Position numbers and translations under genes: made by a program. From Eledone cirrhosa (taxonomy: Eukaryota): a DNA stretch of 64,000 bases. Under the pieces are notes generated by a model that saw nothing but the letters and a program-made list of their open reading frames with translations, was not told the DNA's origin and did not search any database. Positions 47,901-61,900 of this stretch are shown here, piece after piece. Location of the stretch: positions 130,138,001 to 130,202,000 of the forward strand of contig OZ024743.1 of NCBI GenBank assembly GCA_964016885.1, in the 5' to 3' direction. The first letter of the stretch is position 1, and each line of letters opens with the position of its first letter.

Positions 47901-50900
47901 TTTGGTGTTTGCTCTATGTTGTTTGCTGTTTGGTGTTTGGTGTTTGGTGTTTGGTGTTTGGTGTTTGGTGTTTGGTGCTTGGTGTTTGGTGCTTGGTGCT
48001 TGGTGTTTGGTGCCTGGTGCTTGGTGCTTGATGCTTGGTGTTTGGTTTTTGGTGCTTGGTGCTTGGTGCTTGGTCCTTGGTGTTTGGTGCTGGGTGCTTT
48101 GTGTTTGGTGCTTGGTGCTTGGTGCTTGGTGTTTGGTGTTTGCTGCTTGGTGTTTGATGCTTGGTGCTTGGTGCTTGGTGTTTTGTGTTTGGTGCTTGGT
48201 GCTTGGTGTTTGGTGCTTGGTGCTTGGTGCTTGGTGTTTGTACTTGGTGCTTGGTGCTTGGTGTTTGGTTCTTGGTTCTTGGTGTTTGGTGTTTTGCGTT
48301 TGGTGTTTGGTGCTTGGTGTTTGGTGCTTGGTGCTTGGTGTTTGGTGCCTGGTGCTTGGTGCTTGGTGCTTGGTGTTTGGTGTTTGGTGCTTGGTGCTTG
48401 GAGTTTGGTGTTTGGTGCTTGGTGCTTGGTGCTTGGTCCTTGGTGTTTGGTGCAGGGTGCTTTGTGTTTGGTGATTGGTGCTTGGTGTTTGGTGTTTGCT
48501 GCTTGGTGCTTGGTGCTTGGTGTTTCTACTTGGTGCTTGGTGCTTGGTGTTTGGTTCTTGGTTCTTGGTGTTTGGTACTTGGTGCTTGGTGCTTGGTGCT
48601 TGATGTTTGGTGTTTGGTGCTTGGTGTTTGGTGCTTGGTGGTTGGTGCTTGGTGCTTGGTGCTTGGTGTTAGGTATTTGGTGCTTGGTGCTTGGTGTTTG
48701 GTGCTTGGTGTTTGGTGTTTGCTGTTTGGTGTTTGGTGTTTGCTGTTTGGTGTTTGCTGTTTGGTGTTTGGTGTTTGCTGTTTGGTGTTTGGTCTTTGGT
48801 GCTTGGTGTTTGGTGCTTGGTGTTTGGTGTTTGGTGCTTGGTGCTTGGTGCTTGGTGTTTGGTGCTTGGTGCTTGTTGTTTTGTGTTTCGTGTTTGGTTT
48901 TTGGTGCTTGGTGCTTGGTGCTTGGTCCTTGGTGTTAGGTGCTGGGTGCTTTGTGTTTGGTGCTTGGTGCTTGGTGTTTGGTGTTTGCTGCTTGGTGCTT
49001 GATGCTTGGTGTTTGGTGCTTGGTGCTTGGTGCTTGGTGTTTGTACTTGGTGCTTAGTGCTTGGTGTTTGGTTCTTGGTTCTTGGTGTTTGGTGCTTGGC
49101 ATTTGGTGTTTGGTGCTTGGTGCTTGGTGTTTGGTGCTTGGTGCTTGGTGTTTGGTGCCTGGTGCTTGGTGCTTGGTGCTTGGTGTTTGGAGTTTGGTGT
49201 TTGGTGCTTGGTGCTTGGTGCTTGGTCCTTGGTGTTTGGTGCTGGGTGCTTTGTGTTTGGTGATTGGTGCTTGGTGTTTGGTGTTTGCTGCTTGGTGTTT
49301 GACGCTTGGTGCTTGGTGTTTTGTGTTTGGTGCTTGGTGCTTGGTGTTTGGTGCTTGGTGCTTGGTGCTTGGTGTTTGTACTTGGTGCTTGGTGTTTGGT
49401 GTTTGGTTCTTGGTTCTTGGTGTTTGGTACTTGGTGCTTGGTGCTTGGTGCTTGGTGTTAGGTATTTGGTGCTTGGTGCTTCGTGTTTGGTGCTTGGTGT
49501 TTGGTGTTTGCTGTTTGGAGTTTGGTGTTTGGCGTTTGGTTTTGCTGTCTGGTGTCTGCTTTTTGGTGTTTAGTGTTTGCTGTATGGTGTTTGCTGTTTC
49601 GTGTTTGGTGTTTGCTGTTTGGTGTTTGGTCTTTGGTGCTTGGTGTTTGGTGCTTGGTGTTTGGTGTTTGGTGCTTGCTGCTTGGTGTTTGGTGTTTAGT
49701 GTTTGGTGCTTGGTGTCTGGTGCTTGGTGTTTGGTGTTTGGTGCTTGGTGTTTGGTGTTTGGTGATTGGTGCTTGGTGTTTGGTGTTTGCTGCTTGGTGT
49801 TTGATGCTTGGTGCTAGGTGTTTTGTGTTTGGTGCTTGGTGCTTGGTGTTTGGTGCTTGATGTTTGGTGTTTGGTGCTTGGTGTTTGGTGCTTGGTGCTT
49901 GGTGCTTGGTGCTTGGTGCTTGGTGCTTGGTGTTAGGTATTTGGTGCTTGGTGCTTGGTGTTTGGTGCTTGGTGTTTGGTGTTTGCTGTTTGGTGTTTGG
50001 TGTTTGCTGTTTGGTGTTTGCTGTTTGGTGTTTGGTGTTTGCTGTTTGGTGTTTGGTCTTTGGTGCTTGGTGTTTGGTGCTTGGTGTTTGGTGTTTGGTG
50101 CTTGGTGCTTGGTGTTTGGTGTTTGGTGCTTGGTGCCTGGTGTTTGGTGTTTGGTGTTTGGTGCTGGGTGCTTTGTGTTTGGTGCTTGGTGCTTGGTGTT
50201 TGGTGTTTGCTGCTTGGTGTTTGATGCTTGGTGCTTGGTGCTTGGTGTTTTGTGTTTGGTGCTTGGTTCTTGGTGTTTGGTGCTTGGTGCTTGGTGCTTG
50301 GTGTTTGTACTTGGTGCTTGGTGCTTGGTGTTTGGTTCTTGGTTCTTGGTGTTTGGATACTTGTTGCTTGATGCTTGGTGCTTGATGTTTGGTATTTGGT
50401 GCTTGGTGTTTGGTGCTTGGTGCTTGGTGCTTGGTGTTAGGTGTTTGGTGCTTGGTCCTTGGTGTTTGGTGCTTGGTGTTTGGTGTTTGCTGTTTGGTGT
50501 TTGGTGTTTGGTGTTTGGTGTTTGCTGTTTGGTGTCTGCTTTTTGGTGTTTAGTGTTTGCTGTATGGTGTTTGGTGTTTGCTGTTTGGTGTTTGGTCTTT
50601 GGTGCTTGGTGCTTGGTGCTTGGTGTTATATATGCTTGGTGTTTGATGCTTGGTGCTTGGTGCTTGGTGTTTGGTGTTTGGTGTTTGATGCTTGGTGCTT
50701 GGTGTTTGGTGCTTGGTGCTTGGTGTTTGTACTTGGTGCTTGGTGCCTCGTGCTTGGTGTTTGGTGCTTGGTGTTTGGTGCTTGGTGCTTGGTGTTTGGT
50801 GCTTGGTGCTTGGTGCTTGGTGCTTGGTGTTTGGTGGTTGGTGTTTGGTGCTTGGTGTTAGGTGTTTGGTGCTTGGTGCTTGGTGTTTGGTGTTTAGTGC

Positions 50901-51299
50901 TTGGTGTTTGGTGCTTGGTGCTTGGTGTTTGGTGCTTGGTACTTGGTGCTTGGTGCTTGGTGTTAGGTGTTTGGTGCTTGGTGTTTGGTGCTTGGTGTTT
51001 GGTGCTTGGTGCTTGGTGCTTGGTGCTTGGTGTTTGGTGGTTGGTGTTTGGTGCTTGGTGTTAGGTGTTTGGTGCTTGGTGCTTGGTGTTTGGTGTTTGG
51101 TGCTTGGTGTTTGGTGTTTGGTGCTTGGTGTTTGGTGCTTTTTGCTTGGTGCTTGGTGCTTGGTGTTTGGTGCTTGGTGCTTGGTGTTTGGTGTTGGGTG
51201 CTTGGTGCTTGGTGTTTGGTGTTTGGTGCTTGGTGCTTGGTGTTTGGTGTTTGGTGTTATATGCTTGGTGTTTGATGCTTGGTGCTTGGTGTTTGGTGT

Positions 51300-53050
51300 T
51301 TGGTGTTTGGTGCTTGGTGTTTGATGCTTGGTGCTTGGTGCTTAGTGTTTGGTGCTTGGTGCTTGGTGTTTGGTGTTTGGTGCTTGGTGTTTGGTGATTG
51401 ATGCTTGGTGCTTGGTGCTTGGTGTTTGGTGGTTGGTGCTTGGTGCTTGGTGTTAGGTGTTTGGTGCTTGGTGCTTGGTGTTTGGTGTTTGGTGCTTGGT
51501 GTTTGGTGTTTGGTTGTTGGTGTTTGGTGCTTGGAACTTGGTGCTTGGTGCTTGGTGTTAGGTGTTTGGTGCTTGGTGCTTGGTGTCTGGTTTTTGTGCT
51601 TGGTGCTTGGTGTTTGGTGTTTGGTGCTTGCTGCTGGTTGCTTGGTGTTTGGTGCTTGATGATTGGTGCTTGGTGTTTGGGGCTTGGTGTTTGGTGTTTG
51701 GTGCTAGGTGCTTGGTGTTTGGTGCTTGGTGTTTGGTGTTTGTACTTGGTGCTTGGTGCTTGGTTCTTTGTGTTTGGTGCTTGGTGCTTGGTGTTTGGTG
51801 CTTGGTGCTTGGTGTTTGGTGCTTGGTGCTTGGTGCTCGGTGTTTGGTGCTTGGTGTTAGGTGTTTGGTGCTTGGTGCTTGGTGTTTGGTGTTTGGTGCT
51901 TGGTGCTTGGTGTTTGGTGTTTGGTGCTTGGTGTTTGGTGTTTGGTGTTATATGCTTGGTGTTTGATGCTTGGTGCTTGGTGCTTGGTGTTTGGTGCTTG
52001 GTGTTTGATGCTTGGTGCTTGGTGCTTGGTGTTTGGTGCTTGGTGCTTGGTGTTTGTACTTGGGGCTTGGTGCTTGGTTCTTGGTGTTTGGTGCTTGGTG
52101 CTTGGTGTTTGGTGCTTGGTGCTTGGTGTTTGGTGCTTGGTGTTTGGTGCTTGGTGTTTGGTGCTTGGTGTTTGGTGTTTGGTGCTTGGTGTTTGATGCT
52201 TGGTGCTTGGTGCTTGGTGTTTGGTGCTTGGTGCTTGGTGTTTGGTGTTTGGTGCTTGGTGTTTGGTGATTGATGCTTGGTGCTTGGTGCTTGGTGTTTG
52301 GTGGTTGGTGCTTGGTGCTTGGTGTTAGGTGTTTGGTGCTTGGTGCTTGGTGTTTGGTGTTTGGTGCTTGGTGTTTGGTGTTTGGTTGTTGGTGTTTGGT
52401 GCTTGGAACTTGGTGCTTGGTGCTTGGTGTTAGGTGTTTGGTGCTTGGTGCTTGGTGTCTGGTTTTTGTGCTTGGTGCTTGGTGTTTGGTGTTTGGTGCT
52501 TGCTGCTGGTTGCTTGGTGTTTGGTGCTTAATGATTGGTGCTTGGTGTTTGGGGCTTGGTGTTTGGTGTTTGGTGCTAGGTGCTTGGTGTTTGGTGCTTG
52601 GTGTTTGGTGTTTGTACTTGGTGCTTGGTGCTTGGTTCTTTGTGTTTGGTGCTTGGTGCTTGGTGTTTGGTGCTTGGTGCTTGGTGTTTGGTGCTTGGTG
52701 CTTGGTGCTCGGTGTTTGGTGCTTGGTGTTAGGTGTTTGGTGCTTGGTGCTTGGTGTTTGGTGTTTGGTGCTTGGTGCTTGGTGTTTGGTGTTTGGTGCT
52801 TGGTGTTTGGTGTTTGGTGTTATATGCTTGGTGTTTGATGCTTGGTGCTTGGTGCTTGGTGTTTGGTGCTTGGTGTTTGATGCTTGGTGCTTGGTGCTTG
52901 GTGTTTGGTGCTTGGTGCTTGGTGTTTGTACTTGGTGCTTGGTGCTTGGTTCTTGGTGTTTGGTGCTTGGTGCTTGGTGTTTGGTGCTTGGTGCTTGGTG
53001 TTTGGTGCTTGGTGTTTGGTGCTTGGTGTTTGGTGCTTGGTGCTTGGTGC
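51300..53050 (+). repeat. 872-bp tandem duplication inside the third IIb unit
   Basis: GGAAC at 51533 and 52405. ORFs 51398/52270, 51405/52277, 51562/52434 and 51861/52733 are all offset by 872. Confidence 0.9.
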
Positions 53051-56000
53051 TTGGTGCTTGGTGTTTGGTGCTTGGTGTTTGGTGCTTGGTGTTAGGTGTT
53101 TGGTGCTTGGTGTTTGGTGTTTGGTTTTTGGTGCTTGGTGCTTGGTGTTTGGTGCTTGCTGCTGGCTGCTTGGTGTTTGATGCTTGGTGATTGGTGCTTG
53201 GTGTTTGGTGCTTGGTGTTTGGTGTTTGGTGCTAGGTGCTTGGTGTTTGGTGCTTGGTGCTTGGTGCTTGGTGTTTGGTGCTTGGTGCTTGGTCTTTGGT
53301 GCTTGGTGTTTGGTGTTTGGTGCTTGGTGCTTGGTGCTTGGTGTTTGGTGCTTGGTGCTTGGTGTTTGGTGCTTGGTGCTTAGTGTTTGGTGCTTGGTGC
53401 TTAGTGTTTGGTGCTAGGTGCTTGGTGTTTGGTGCTTGGGGCTTGGTGTTTGGTGCCTGGTGCTTGGTGTTTGGTGCTTGGTGCTTGGTGTTTGGTGTTT
53501 GCTGTTTGCTGTTTGGTGTTTGTTGTTTGGTGTTTGTTGTTTGGTGTTTGCTGTTTGGTGTTTGGTGTTTGCTTTTTGGTGTTTGGTGTTTGCTGTATGT
53601 TGTTTGCTGTTTGGTGTTTGGTGTTTGGTCTTTGGTGCTTGGTGCTTGGTGTTTGGTGCTTGGTGCTTGGTGTTTCGTGCCTGGTGCTTGGTGCTTGGTG
53701 CTTGGTGTTTGGTGTTTGATGCTTGGTGCTTGGTGCTTGGAGTTTGGTGTTTGGTGCTTGGTGCTTGGTGTTTTGTGTTTCGTGTTTGGTTTTTGGTGCT
53801 TGGTGCTTGGTGCTTGGTCCTTGGTGTTTGGTGCTGGGTGCTTTGTGTTTGGTGCTTGGTGCTTGGTGCTTGGTGTTTTGTGTTTGGTGCTTGGTGCTTG
53901 GTGCTTGGTGCTTGGTGCTTGGTGTTTGTACTTGATGCTTGGTGCTTGGTGTTTGGTTCTTGGTTCTTGGTGTTTGGTACTTGGTGCTTGGTGTTTGGTG
54001 TTTGCTGTTTGGTGTTTGGTGTTTGGTGTTTGGTGTTTGCTGTTTGGTGTCTGCTTTTTGGTGCTTGGTGCTTGGTGTTTGGTGTTTGGTGTCATATGCT
54101 TGGTGTTTGATGCTTGGTGCTTGGTGCTTGGTGTTTGGTGTTTGGTGTTTGGTGCTTGGTGCTTGGTGTTTGGTGCTTGGTGCTGAGTGGTTGGTGTTTG
54201 GTGCTTGGTGTTTGGTGCTGGGTGCTTGGTGTTTGGTGCTGGGTGCTTGGTGTTTGGTGCTTGGTGCTTGGTGTTTGGTGCTTGGTGTTTGGTGCTTGGT
54301 GCTTGGTGCTTGGTGTTTGGTGCTTGGTGCTTGGTGTTTGGTGATTGGTGCTTGGTGTTTGCTGTTTGCTGTTTGGTGTTTGTTGTTTGGTGTTTGTTGT
54401 TTGGTGTTTGCTGTTTGGTGTTTGGTGTTTGCTTTTTGGTGTTTGGTGTTTGCTGTATGTTGTTTGCTGTTTGGTGTTTGGTGTTTGGTGCCTGGTGCTT
54501 GGTCCTTGGTGCTTGGTGTTTGGTGTTTGGTGCTTGGTGCTTGGTGCTTGGTGTTTGGTGCTTGGTGCTTGGTGTTTTGTGTTTCGTGTTTGGTTTTTGG
54601 TGCTTGGTGCTTGGTGCTTGGTCCTTGGTGTTAGGTGCTGGGTGCTTTGTGTTTGGTGCTTGGTGCTTGGTGTTTGGTGTTTGCTGCTTGGTGCTTGATG
54701 CTTGGTGTTTGGTGCTTGGTGCTTGGTGCTTGGTGTTTGTACTTGGTGCTTGGTGCTTGGTGTTTGGTTCTTGGTTCTTGGTGTTTGGTGTTTGGCATTT
54801 GGTGTTTGGTGCTTGGTGCTTGGTGTTTGGTGCTTGGTGCTTGGTGTTTGGTGCCTGGTGCTTGGTGCTTGGTGCTTGGTGTTTGGAGTTTGGTGTTTGG
54901 TGCTTGGTGCTTGGTGCTTGGTCCTTGGTGTTTGGTGCTGGGTGCTTTGTGTTTGGTGATTGGTGCTTGGTGTTTGGTGTTTGCTGCTTGGTGCTTGGTG
55001 TTTTGTGTTTGGTGCTTGGTGCTTGGTGTTTGGTGCTTGGTGCTTGGTGCTTGGTGTTTGTACTTGGTGCTTGGTGTTTGGTGTTTGGTTCTTGGTTCAT
55101 GGTGTTTGGTACTTGGTGCTTGGTGCTTGGTGCTTGGTGTTAGGTATTTGGTGCTTGGTGCTTCGTGTTTGGTGCTTGGTGTTTGGTGTTTGCTGTTTGG
55201 AGTTTGGTGTTTGGTGTTTGGTTTTGCTGTCTGGTGTCTGCTTTTTGGTGTTTAGTGTTTGCTGTATGGTGTTTGCTGTTTCGTGTTTGGTGTTTGCTGT
55301 TTGGTGTTTGGTCTTTGGTGCTTGGTGTTTGGTGCTTGGTGTTTGGTGTTTGGTGCTTGCTGCTTGGTGTTTGGTGTTTGGTGCTTGGTGCTTGGTGTTT
55401 GGTGTTTAGTGTTTGGTGCTTGGTGTCTGGTGCTTGGTGTTTGGTGTTTGGTGCTTGGTGTTTGGTGTTTGGTGATTGGTGCTTGGTGTTTGGTGTTTGC
55501 TGCTTGGTGTTTGATGCTTGGTGCTTGGTGTTTTGTGTTTGGTGCTTGGTGCTTGGTGTTTGGTGCTTGGTTCTTGGTGCTTGGTGTTTGTACTTGGTGC
55601 TTGGTGCTTGGTGTTTGGTTCTTGGTTCTTGGTGTTTGGTACTTGGTGCTTCGTGTTTGGTGTTTGCTGTTTGGTGTTTGGTGTTTGGTGTTTGGTGTTT
55701 GCTGTTTGGTGTCTGCTTTTTGGTGTTTAGTGTTTGCTGTATGGTGTTTGGTGTTTGCTGTTTGGTGTTTGGTCTTTGGTGCCTGGTGTTTGGTGCTCGG
55801 TGCTTGGTGTTTGGTATTCGGTGCTTGCTGCTTGGTGTTTGGTGCTTGGTGTTTGGTGTTTGGTGTTTGGTGCTTGGTGTCTGGTGCTTGGTGTTTGGTG
55901 CTTGGTGTTTGGTGTTTGGTGCTTGGTGTTTGGTGTTTGGTGTTTGGTGCTTGGTGCTTGGTGTTTGGTATTTGGTGTTTGGTGCTTGGTGTCTGGTGCT

Positions 56001-58999
56001 TGGTGTTTGGTGTTTGGTGCTTGGTGTTTGGTGTTTGGTGTTTGTTGCTTGGTGCTTGGTGCTTGGTGTTTGGTGTTTGGTGTTTGGTGCTTGGTGCTTG
56101 GTGTTTGGTGCTTGGTGCTGAGTGGTTGGTGTTTGGTGCTTGGTGTTTGGTGCTGGGTGCTTGGTTTTTGGTCCTGGGTGCTTGGTGTTTGGTGCTTGGT
56201 GCTTGGTGCTTGGTGTTTGGTGCTTGGTGCTTAGTGTTTGGTGCTAGGTGCTTGGTGTTTGGTGCTTGGTGTTTGGTGCTTGGTGCTTGGTGTTTGGTGT
56301 TTGGTGTTTGGTGCTTGGTGTTTGGTGCTTGGTGCTTGGTGTTTGGTGTTTGGTGCTTGGTGCTTGGTGCTTGGTGTTTGGTGTTTGGTGTTTGGTGCTT
56401 GGTGTTTGGTGCTTGGTGCTGAGTGGTTGGTGTTTGGTGCTTGGTGTTTGGTGCTGGGTGCTTGGTTTTTGGTCCTGGGTGCTTGGTGTTTGGTGCTTGG
56501 TGCTTGGTGCTTGGTGTTTGGTGCTTGGTGCTTGGTGTTTGGTGCTTGGTGCTTAGTGTTTGGTGCTAGGTGCTTGGTGTTTGGTGCTTGGTGTTTGGTG
56601 CTTGGTGCTTGGTGTTTGATGTTTGGTGTTTGGTGCTTGGTGCTTGGTGTTTGCTGTTTGCTGTTTGGTGTTTGTTGTTTGGTGTTTGTTGTTTGGTGTT
56701 TGCTGTTTGGTGTTTGGTGTTTGCTATTTGGTGTTTGGTGTTTGCTCTATGTTGTTTGCTGTTTGGTGTTTGGTGTTTGGTGTTTGGTGTTTGGTGTTTG
56801 GTGTTTGGTGCTTGGTGTTTGGTGCTTGGTGTTTGGTGTTTGGTGCCTGGTGCTTGGTGCTTGATGCTTGGTGTTTGGTTTTTGGTGCTTGGTGCTTGGT
56901 GCTTGGTCCTTGGTGTTTGGTGCTGGGTGCTTTGTGTTTGGTGCTTGGTGCTTGGTGCTTGGTGTTTGGTGTTTGCTGCTTGGTGTTTGATGCTTGGTGC
57001 TTGGTGCTTGGTGTTTGGTGCTTGGTGCTTGGTGCTTGGTGTTTGTACTTGGTGCTTGGTGCTTGGTGTTTGGTTCTTGGTTCTTGGTGTTTGGTGTTTT
57101 GCGTTTGGTGTTTGGTGCTTGGTGTTTGGTGCTTGGTGCTTGGTGTTTGGTGCCTGGTGCTTGGTGCTTGGTGCTTGGTGTTTGGTGTTTGGTGCTTGGT
57201 GCTTGGAGTTTGGTGTTCGGTGCTTGGTGCTTGGTGCTTGGTCCTTGGTGTTTGGTGCAGGGTGCTTTGTGTTTGGTGATTGGTGCTTGGTGTTTGGTGT
57301 TTGCTGCTTGGTGCTTGGTGCTTGGTGTTTCTACTTGGTGCTTGGTGCTTGGTGTTTGGTTCTTGGTTCTTGGTGTTTGGTACTTGGTGCTTGGTCCTTG
57401 GTGCTTGATGTTTGGTGTTTGGTGCTTGGTGTTTGGTGCTTGGTGGTTGGTGTTTGCTGTTTGGTGTTTGGTGTTTGCTGTTTGGTGTTTGCTGTTTGGT
57501 GATTGGTGTTTGCTGTTTGGTGTTTGGTCTTTGGTGCTTGGTGTTTGGTGCTTGGTGTTTGGTGTTTGGTGCTTGGTGCTTGGTGCTTGGTGTTTGGTGC
57601 TTGGTGCTTGGTGTTTTGTGTTTCGTGTTTGGTTTTTGGTGCTTGGTGCTTGGTGCTTGGTCCTTGGTGTTAGGTGCTGGGTGCTTTGTGTTTGGTGCTT
57701 GGTGCTTGGTGTTTGGTGTTTGCTGCTTGGTGCTTGATGCTTGGTGTTTGGTGCTTGGTGCTTGGTGCTTGGTGTTTGTACTTGGTGCTTAGTGCTTGGT
57801 GTTTGGTTCTTGGTTCTTGGTGTTTGGTGCTTGGCATTTGGTGTTTGGTGCTTGGTGCTTGGTGTTTGGTGCTTGGTGCTTGGTGTTTGGTGCCTGGTGC
57901 TTGGTGCTTGGTGCTTGGTGTTTGGAGTTTGGTGTTTGGTGCTTGGTGCTTGGTGCTTGGTCCTTGGTGTTTGGTGCTGGGTGCTTTGTGTTTGGTGATT
58001 GGTGCTTGGTGTTTGGTGTTTGGTGTTTGGTGTTTGGTGTTTGGTGCTTGGTGTTTGCTGCTTGGTGTTTGATGCTTGGTGTTTGGTGTTTGGTGTTTGG
58101 TGTTTGGTGTTTGGTGTTTGGTGCTTGGTGTTTGCTGCTTGGTGTTTGATGCTTGGTGCTTGGTGTTTTGTGTTTGGTGCTTAGTGCTTGGTGTTTGGTG
58201 CTTGGTGCTTGGTGCTTGGTGTTTGTACTTGGTGCTTGGTGTTTGGTGTTTGGTTCTTGGTTCTTGGTGTTTGGTACTTGGTGCTTGGTGCTTGGTGCTT
58301 GGTGTTAGGTATTTGGTGCTTGGTGCTTCGTGTTTGGTGCTTGGTGTTTGGTGTTTGCTGTTTGGAGTTTGGTGTTTGGCGTTTGGTTTTGCTGTCTGGT
58401 GTCTGCTTTTTGGTGTTTAGTGTTTGCTGTATGGTGTTTGCTGTTTCGTGTTTGGTGTTTGCTGTTTGGTGTTTGGTCTTTGGTGCTTGGTGTTTGGTGC
58501 TTGGTGTTTGGTGTTTGGTGCTTGCTGCTTGGTGTTTGGTGTTTGGTGCTTGGTGCTTGGTGTTTGGTGTTTAGTGTTTGGTGCTTGGTGTCTGGTGCTT
58601 GGTGTTTGGTGTTTGGTGCTTGGTGTTTGGTGTTTGGTGATTGGTGCTTGGTGTTTGGTGTTTGCTGCTTGGTGTTTGATGCTTGGTGCTAGGTGTTTTG
58701 TGTTTGGTGCTTGGTGCTTGGTGTTTGGTGCTTGATGTTTGGTGTTTGGTGCTTGGTGTTTGGTGCTTGGTGCTTGGTGCTTGGTGCTTGGTGCTTGGTG
58801 CTTGGTGTTAGGTATTTGGTGCTTGGTGCTTGGTGTTTGGTGCTTGGTGTTTGGTGTTTGCTGTTTGGTGTTTGGTGTTTGCTGTTTGGTGTTTGCTGTT
58901 TGGTGTTTGTTGTTTGCTGTTTGGTGTTTGGTCTTTGGTGCTTGGTGTTTGGTGCTTGGTGTTTGGTGTTTGGTGCTTGGGGCTTGGTGTTTGGTGTTT

Positions 59000-61900
59000 G
59001 GTGCTTGGTGCCTGGTGTTTGGTGTTTGGTGTTTGGTGCTTGGTGTCTGGTGCTTGGTGTTTGGTGCTTGGTGTTTGGTGTTTGGTGCTTGGTGCTTGGT
59101 GTTTGGTGTTTGGTGCTTGGTGTTTGGTGTTTGGTGCTTGTTGCTTGGTGCTTGATGTTTGGTGCTTGGTGCTTGGTGTTTGGTGCTGGGTGCTTGGTGC
59201 TTGTTATTTGGTTTTTGGTGCTTGGTGCTTGGTGTTTGGTGTTTGGTGTTATATGCTTGGTGTTTGATGCTTGGTGCTTGGTGCTTGGTGTTTGGTGTTT
59301 GGTGTTTGGTGCTTGGTGCTTGGTGTTTGGTGCTTGGTGCTGAGTGGTTGGTGTTTGGTGCTTGGTGTTTGGTGCTGGGTGCTTGGTGTTTGGTGCTGGG
59401 TGCTTGGTGTTTGGTGCTTGGTGCTTGGTCTTTGGTGCTTGGTGTTTGGTGCTTGGTGCTTGGTGCTTGGTGTTTGGTGCTTGGTGCTTGGTGTTTGGTG
59501 CTTGGTGCTTGGTGTTTGCTGTTTGCTGTTTGGTGTTTGTTGTTTGGTGTTTGTTGTTTGGTGTTTGCTGTTTGGTGTTTGGTGTTTGCTTTTTGGTGTT
59601 TGGTGTTTGCTGTATGTTGTTTGCTGTTTGGTGTTTGGTGTTTGGTGCCTGGTGCTTGGTGCTTGGTGCTTGGTGTTTGGTGTTTGGTGCTTGGTGCTTG
59701 GTGCTTGGTGTTTGGTGCTTGGTGCTTGGTGTTTTGTGTTTCGTGTTTGGTTTTTGGTGCTTGGTGCTTGGTGCTTGGTCCTTGGTGTTAGGTGCTGGGT
59801 GCTTTGTGTTTGGTGCTTGGTGCTTGGTGTTTGGTGTTTGCTGCTTGGTGCTTGATGCTTGGTGTTTGGTGCTTGGTGCTTGGTGCTTGGTGTTTGTACT
59901 TGGTGCTTGGTGCTTGGTGTTTGGTTCTTGGTTCTTGGTGTTTGGTGTTTGGCATTTGGTGTTTGGTGCTTGGTGCTTGGTGTTTGGTGCTTGGTGCTTG
60001 GTGTTTGGTGCCTGGTGCTTGGTGCTTGGTGCTTGGTGTTTGGAGTTTGGTGTTTGGTGCTTGGTGCTTGGTGCTTGGTCCTTGGTGTTTGGTGCTGGGT
60101 GCTTTGTGTTTGGTGATTGGTGCTTGGTGTTTGGTGTTTGCTGCTTGGTGTTTGATGCTTGGTGCTTGGTGTTTTGTGTTTGGTGCTTGGTGCTTGGTGT
60201 TTGGTGCTTGGTGCTTGGTGCTTGGTGTTTGTACTTGGTGCTTGGTGTTTGGTGTTTGGTTCTTGGTTCTTGGTGTTTGGTACTTGGTGCTTGGTGCTTG
60301 GTGCTTGGTGTTAGGTATTTGGTGCTTGGTGCTTCGTGTTTGGTGCTTGGTGTTTGGTGTTTGCTGTTTGGAGTTTGGTGTTTGGTGTTTGGTTTTGCTG
60401 TCTGGTGTCTGCTTTTTGGTGTTTAGTGTTTGCTGTATGGTGTTTGCTGTTTCGTGTTTGGTGTTTGCTGTTTGGTGTTTGGTCTTTGGTGCTTGGTGTT
60501 TGGTGCTTGGTGTTTGGTGTTTGGTGCTTGCTGCTTGGTGTTTGGTGTTTGGTGCTTGGTGCTTGGTGTTTGGTGTTTAGTGTTTGGTGCTTGGTGTCTG
60601 GTGCTTGGTGTTTGGTGTTTGGTGCTTGGTGTTTGGTGTTTGGTGATTGGTGCATGGTGTTTGGTGTTTGCTGCTTGGTGTTTGATGCTTGGTGCTTGGT
60701 GTTTTGTGTTTGGTGCTTGGTGCTTGGTGTTTGGTGCTTGTTTCTTGGTGCTTGGTGTTTGTACTTGGTGCTTGGTGCTTGGTGTTTGGTTCTTGGTTCT
60801 TGGTGTTTGGTACTTGGTGCTTGGTGTTTGGTGTTTGCTGTTTGGTGTTTGGTGTTTGGTGTTTGGTGTTTGCTGTTTGGTGTCTGCTTTTTGGTGTTTA
60901 GTGTTTGCTGTATGGTGTTTGGTGTTTGCTGTTTGGTGTTTGGTCTTTGGTGCTTGGTGTTTGGTGCTCGGTGCTTGGTGTTTGGTATTCGGTGCTTGCT
61001 GCTTGGTGTTTGGTGCTTGGTGTTTGGTGTTTGGTGTTTGGTGCTTGGTGCTTGGTGTCTGGTGCTTGGTGTTTGGTGCTTGGTGTTTGGTGTTTGGTGC
61101 TTGGTGTTTGGTGTTTGGTGTTTGGTGCTTGGTGCTTGGTGTTTGGTGTTTGGTGTTTGGTGCTTGGTGTCTGGTGCTTGGTGTTTGGTGTTTGGTGCTT
61201 GGTGTTTGGTGTTTGGTGTTTGTTGCTTGGTGCTTGGTGCTTGGTGTTTGGTGTTTGGTGTTTGGTGCTTGGTGCTTGGTGTTTGGTGCTTGGTGCTGAG
61301 TGGTTGGTGTTTGGTGCTTGGTGTTTGGTGCTGGGTGCTTGGTTTTTGGTCCTGGGTGCTTGGTGTTTGGTGCTTGGTGCTTGGTGCTTGGTGTTTGGTG
61401 CTTGGTGCTTGGTGTTTGGTGCTTGGTGCTTAGTGTTTGGTGCTAGGTGCTTGGTGTTTGGTGCTTGGTGTTTGGTGCTTGGTGCTTGGTGTTTGGTGTT
61501 TGGTGTTTGGTGCTTGGTGTTTGGTGCTTGGTGCTTGGTGTTTGGTGTTTGGTGCTTGGTGCTTGGTGCTTGGTGTTTGGTGTTTGGTGTTTGGTGCTTG
61601 GTGCTTGTTGTTTGGTGCTTGGTGCTGAGTGGTTGGTGTTTGGTGCTTGGTGTTTGGTGCTGGGTGCTTGGTTTTTGGTCCTGGGTGCTTGGTGTTTGGT
61701 GCTTGGTGCTTGGTGCTTGGTGTTTGGTGCTTGGTGCTTGGTGTTTGGTGCTTGGTGCTTAGTGTTTGGTGCTAGGTGCTTGGTGTTTGGTGCTTGGTGT
61801 TTGGTGCTTGGTGCTTGGTGTTTGGTGTTTGGTGTTTGGTGCTTGGTGCTTGGTGTTTGCTGTTTGCTGTTTGGTGTTTGTTGTTTGGTGTTTGTTGTTT

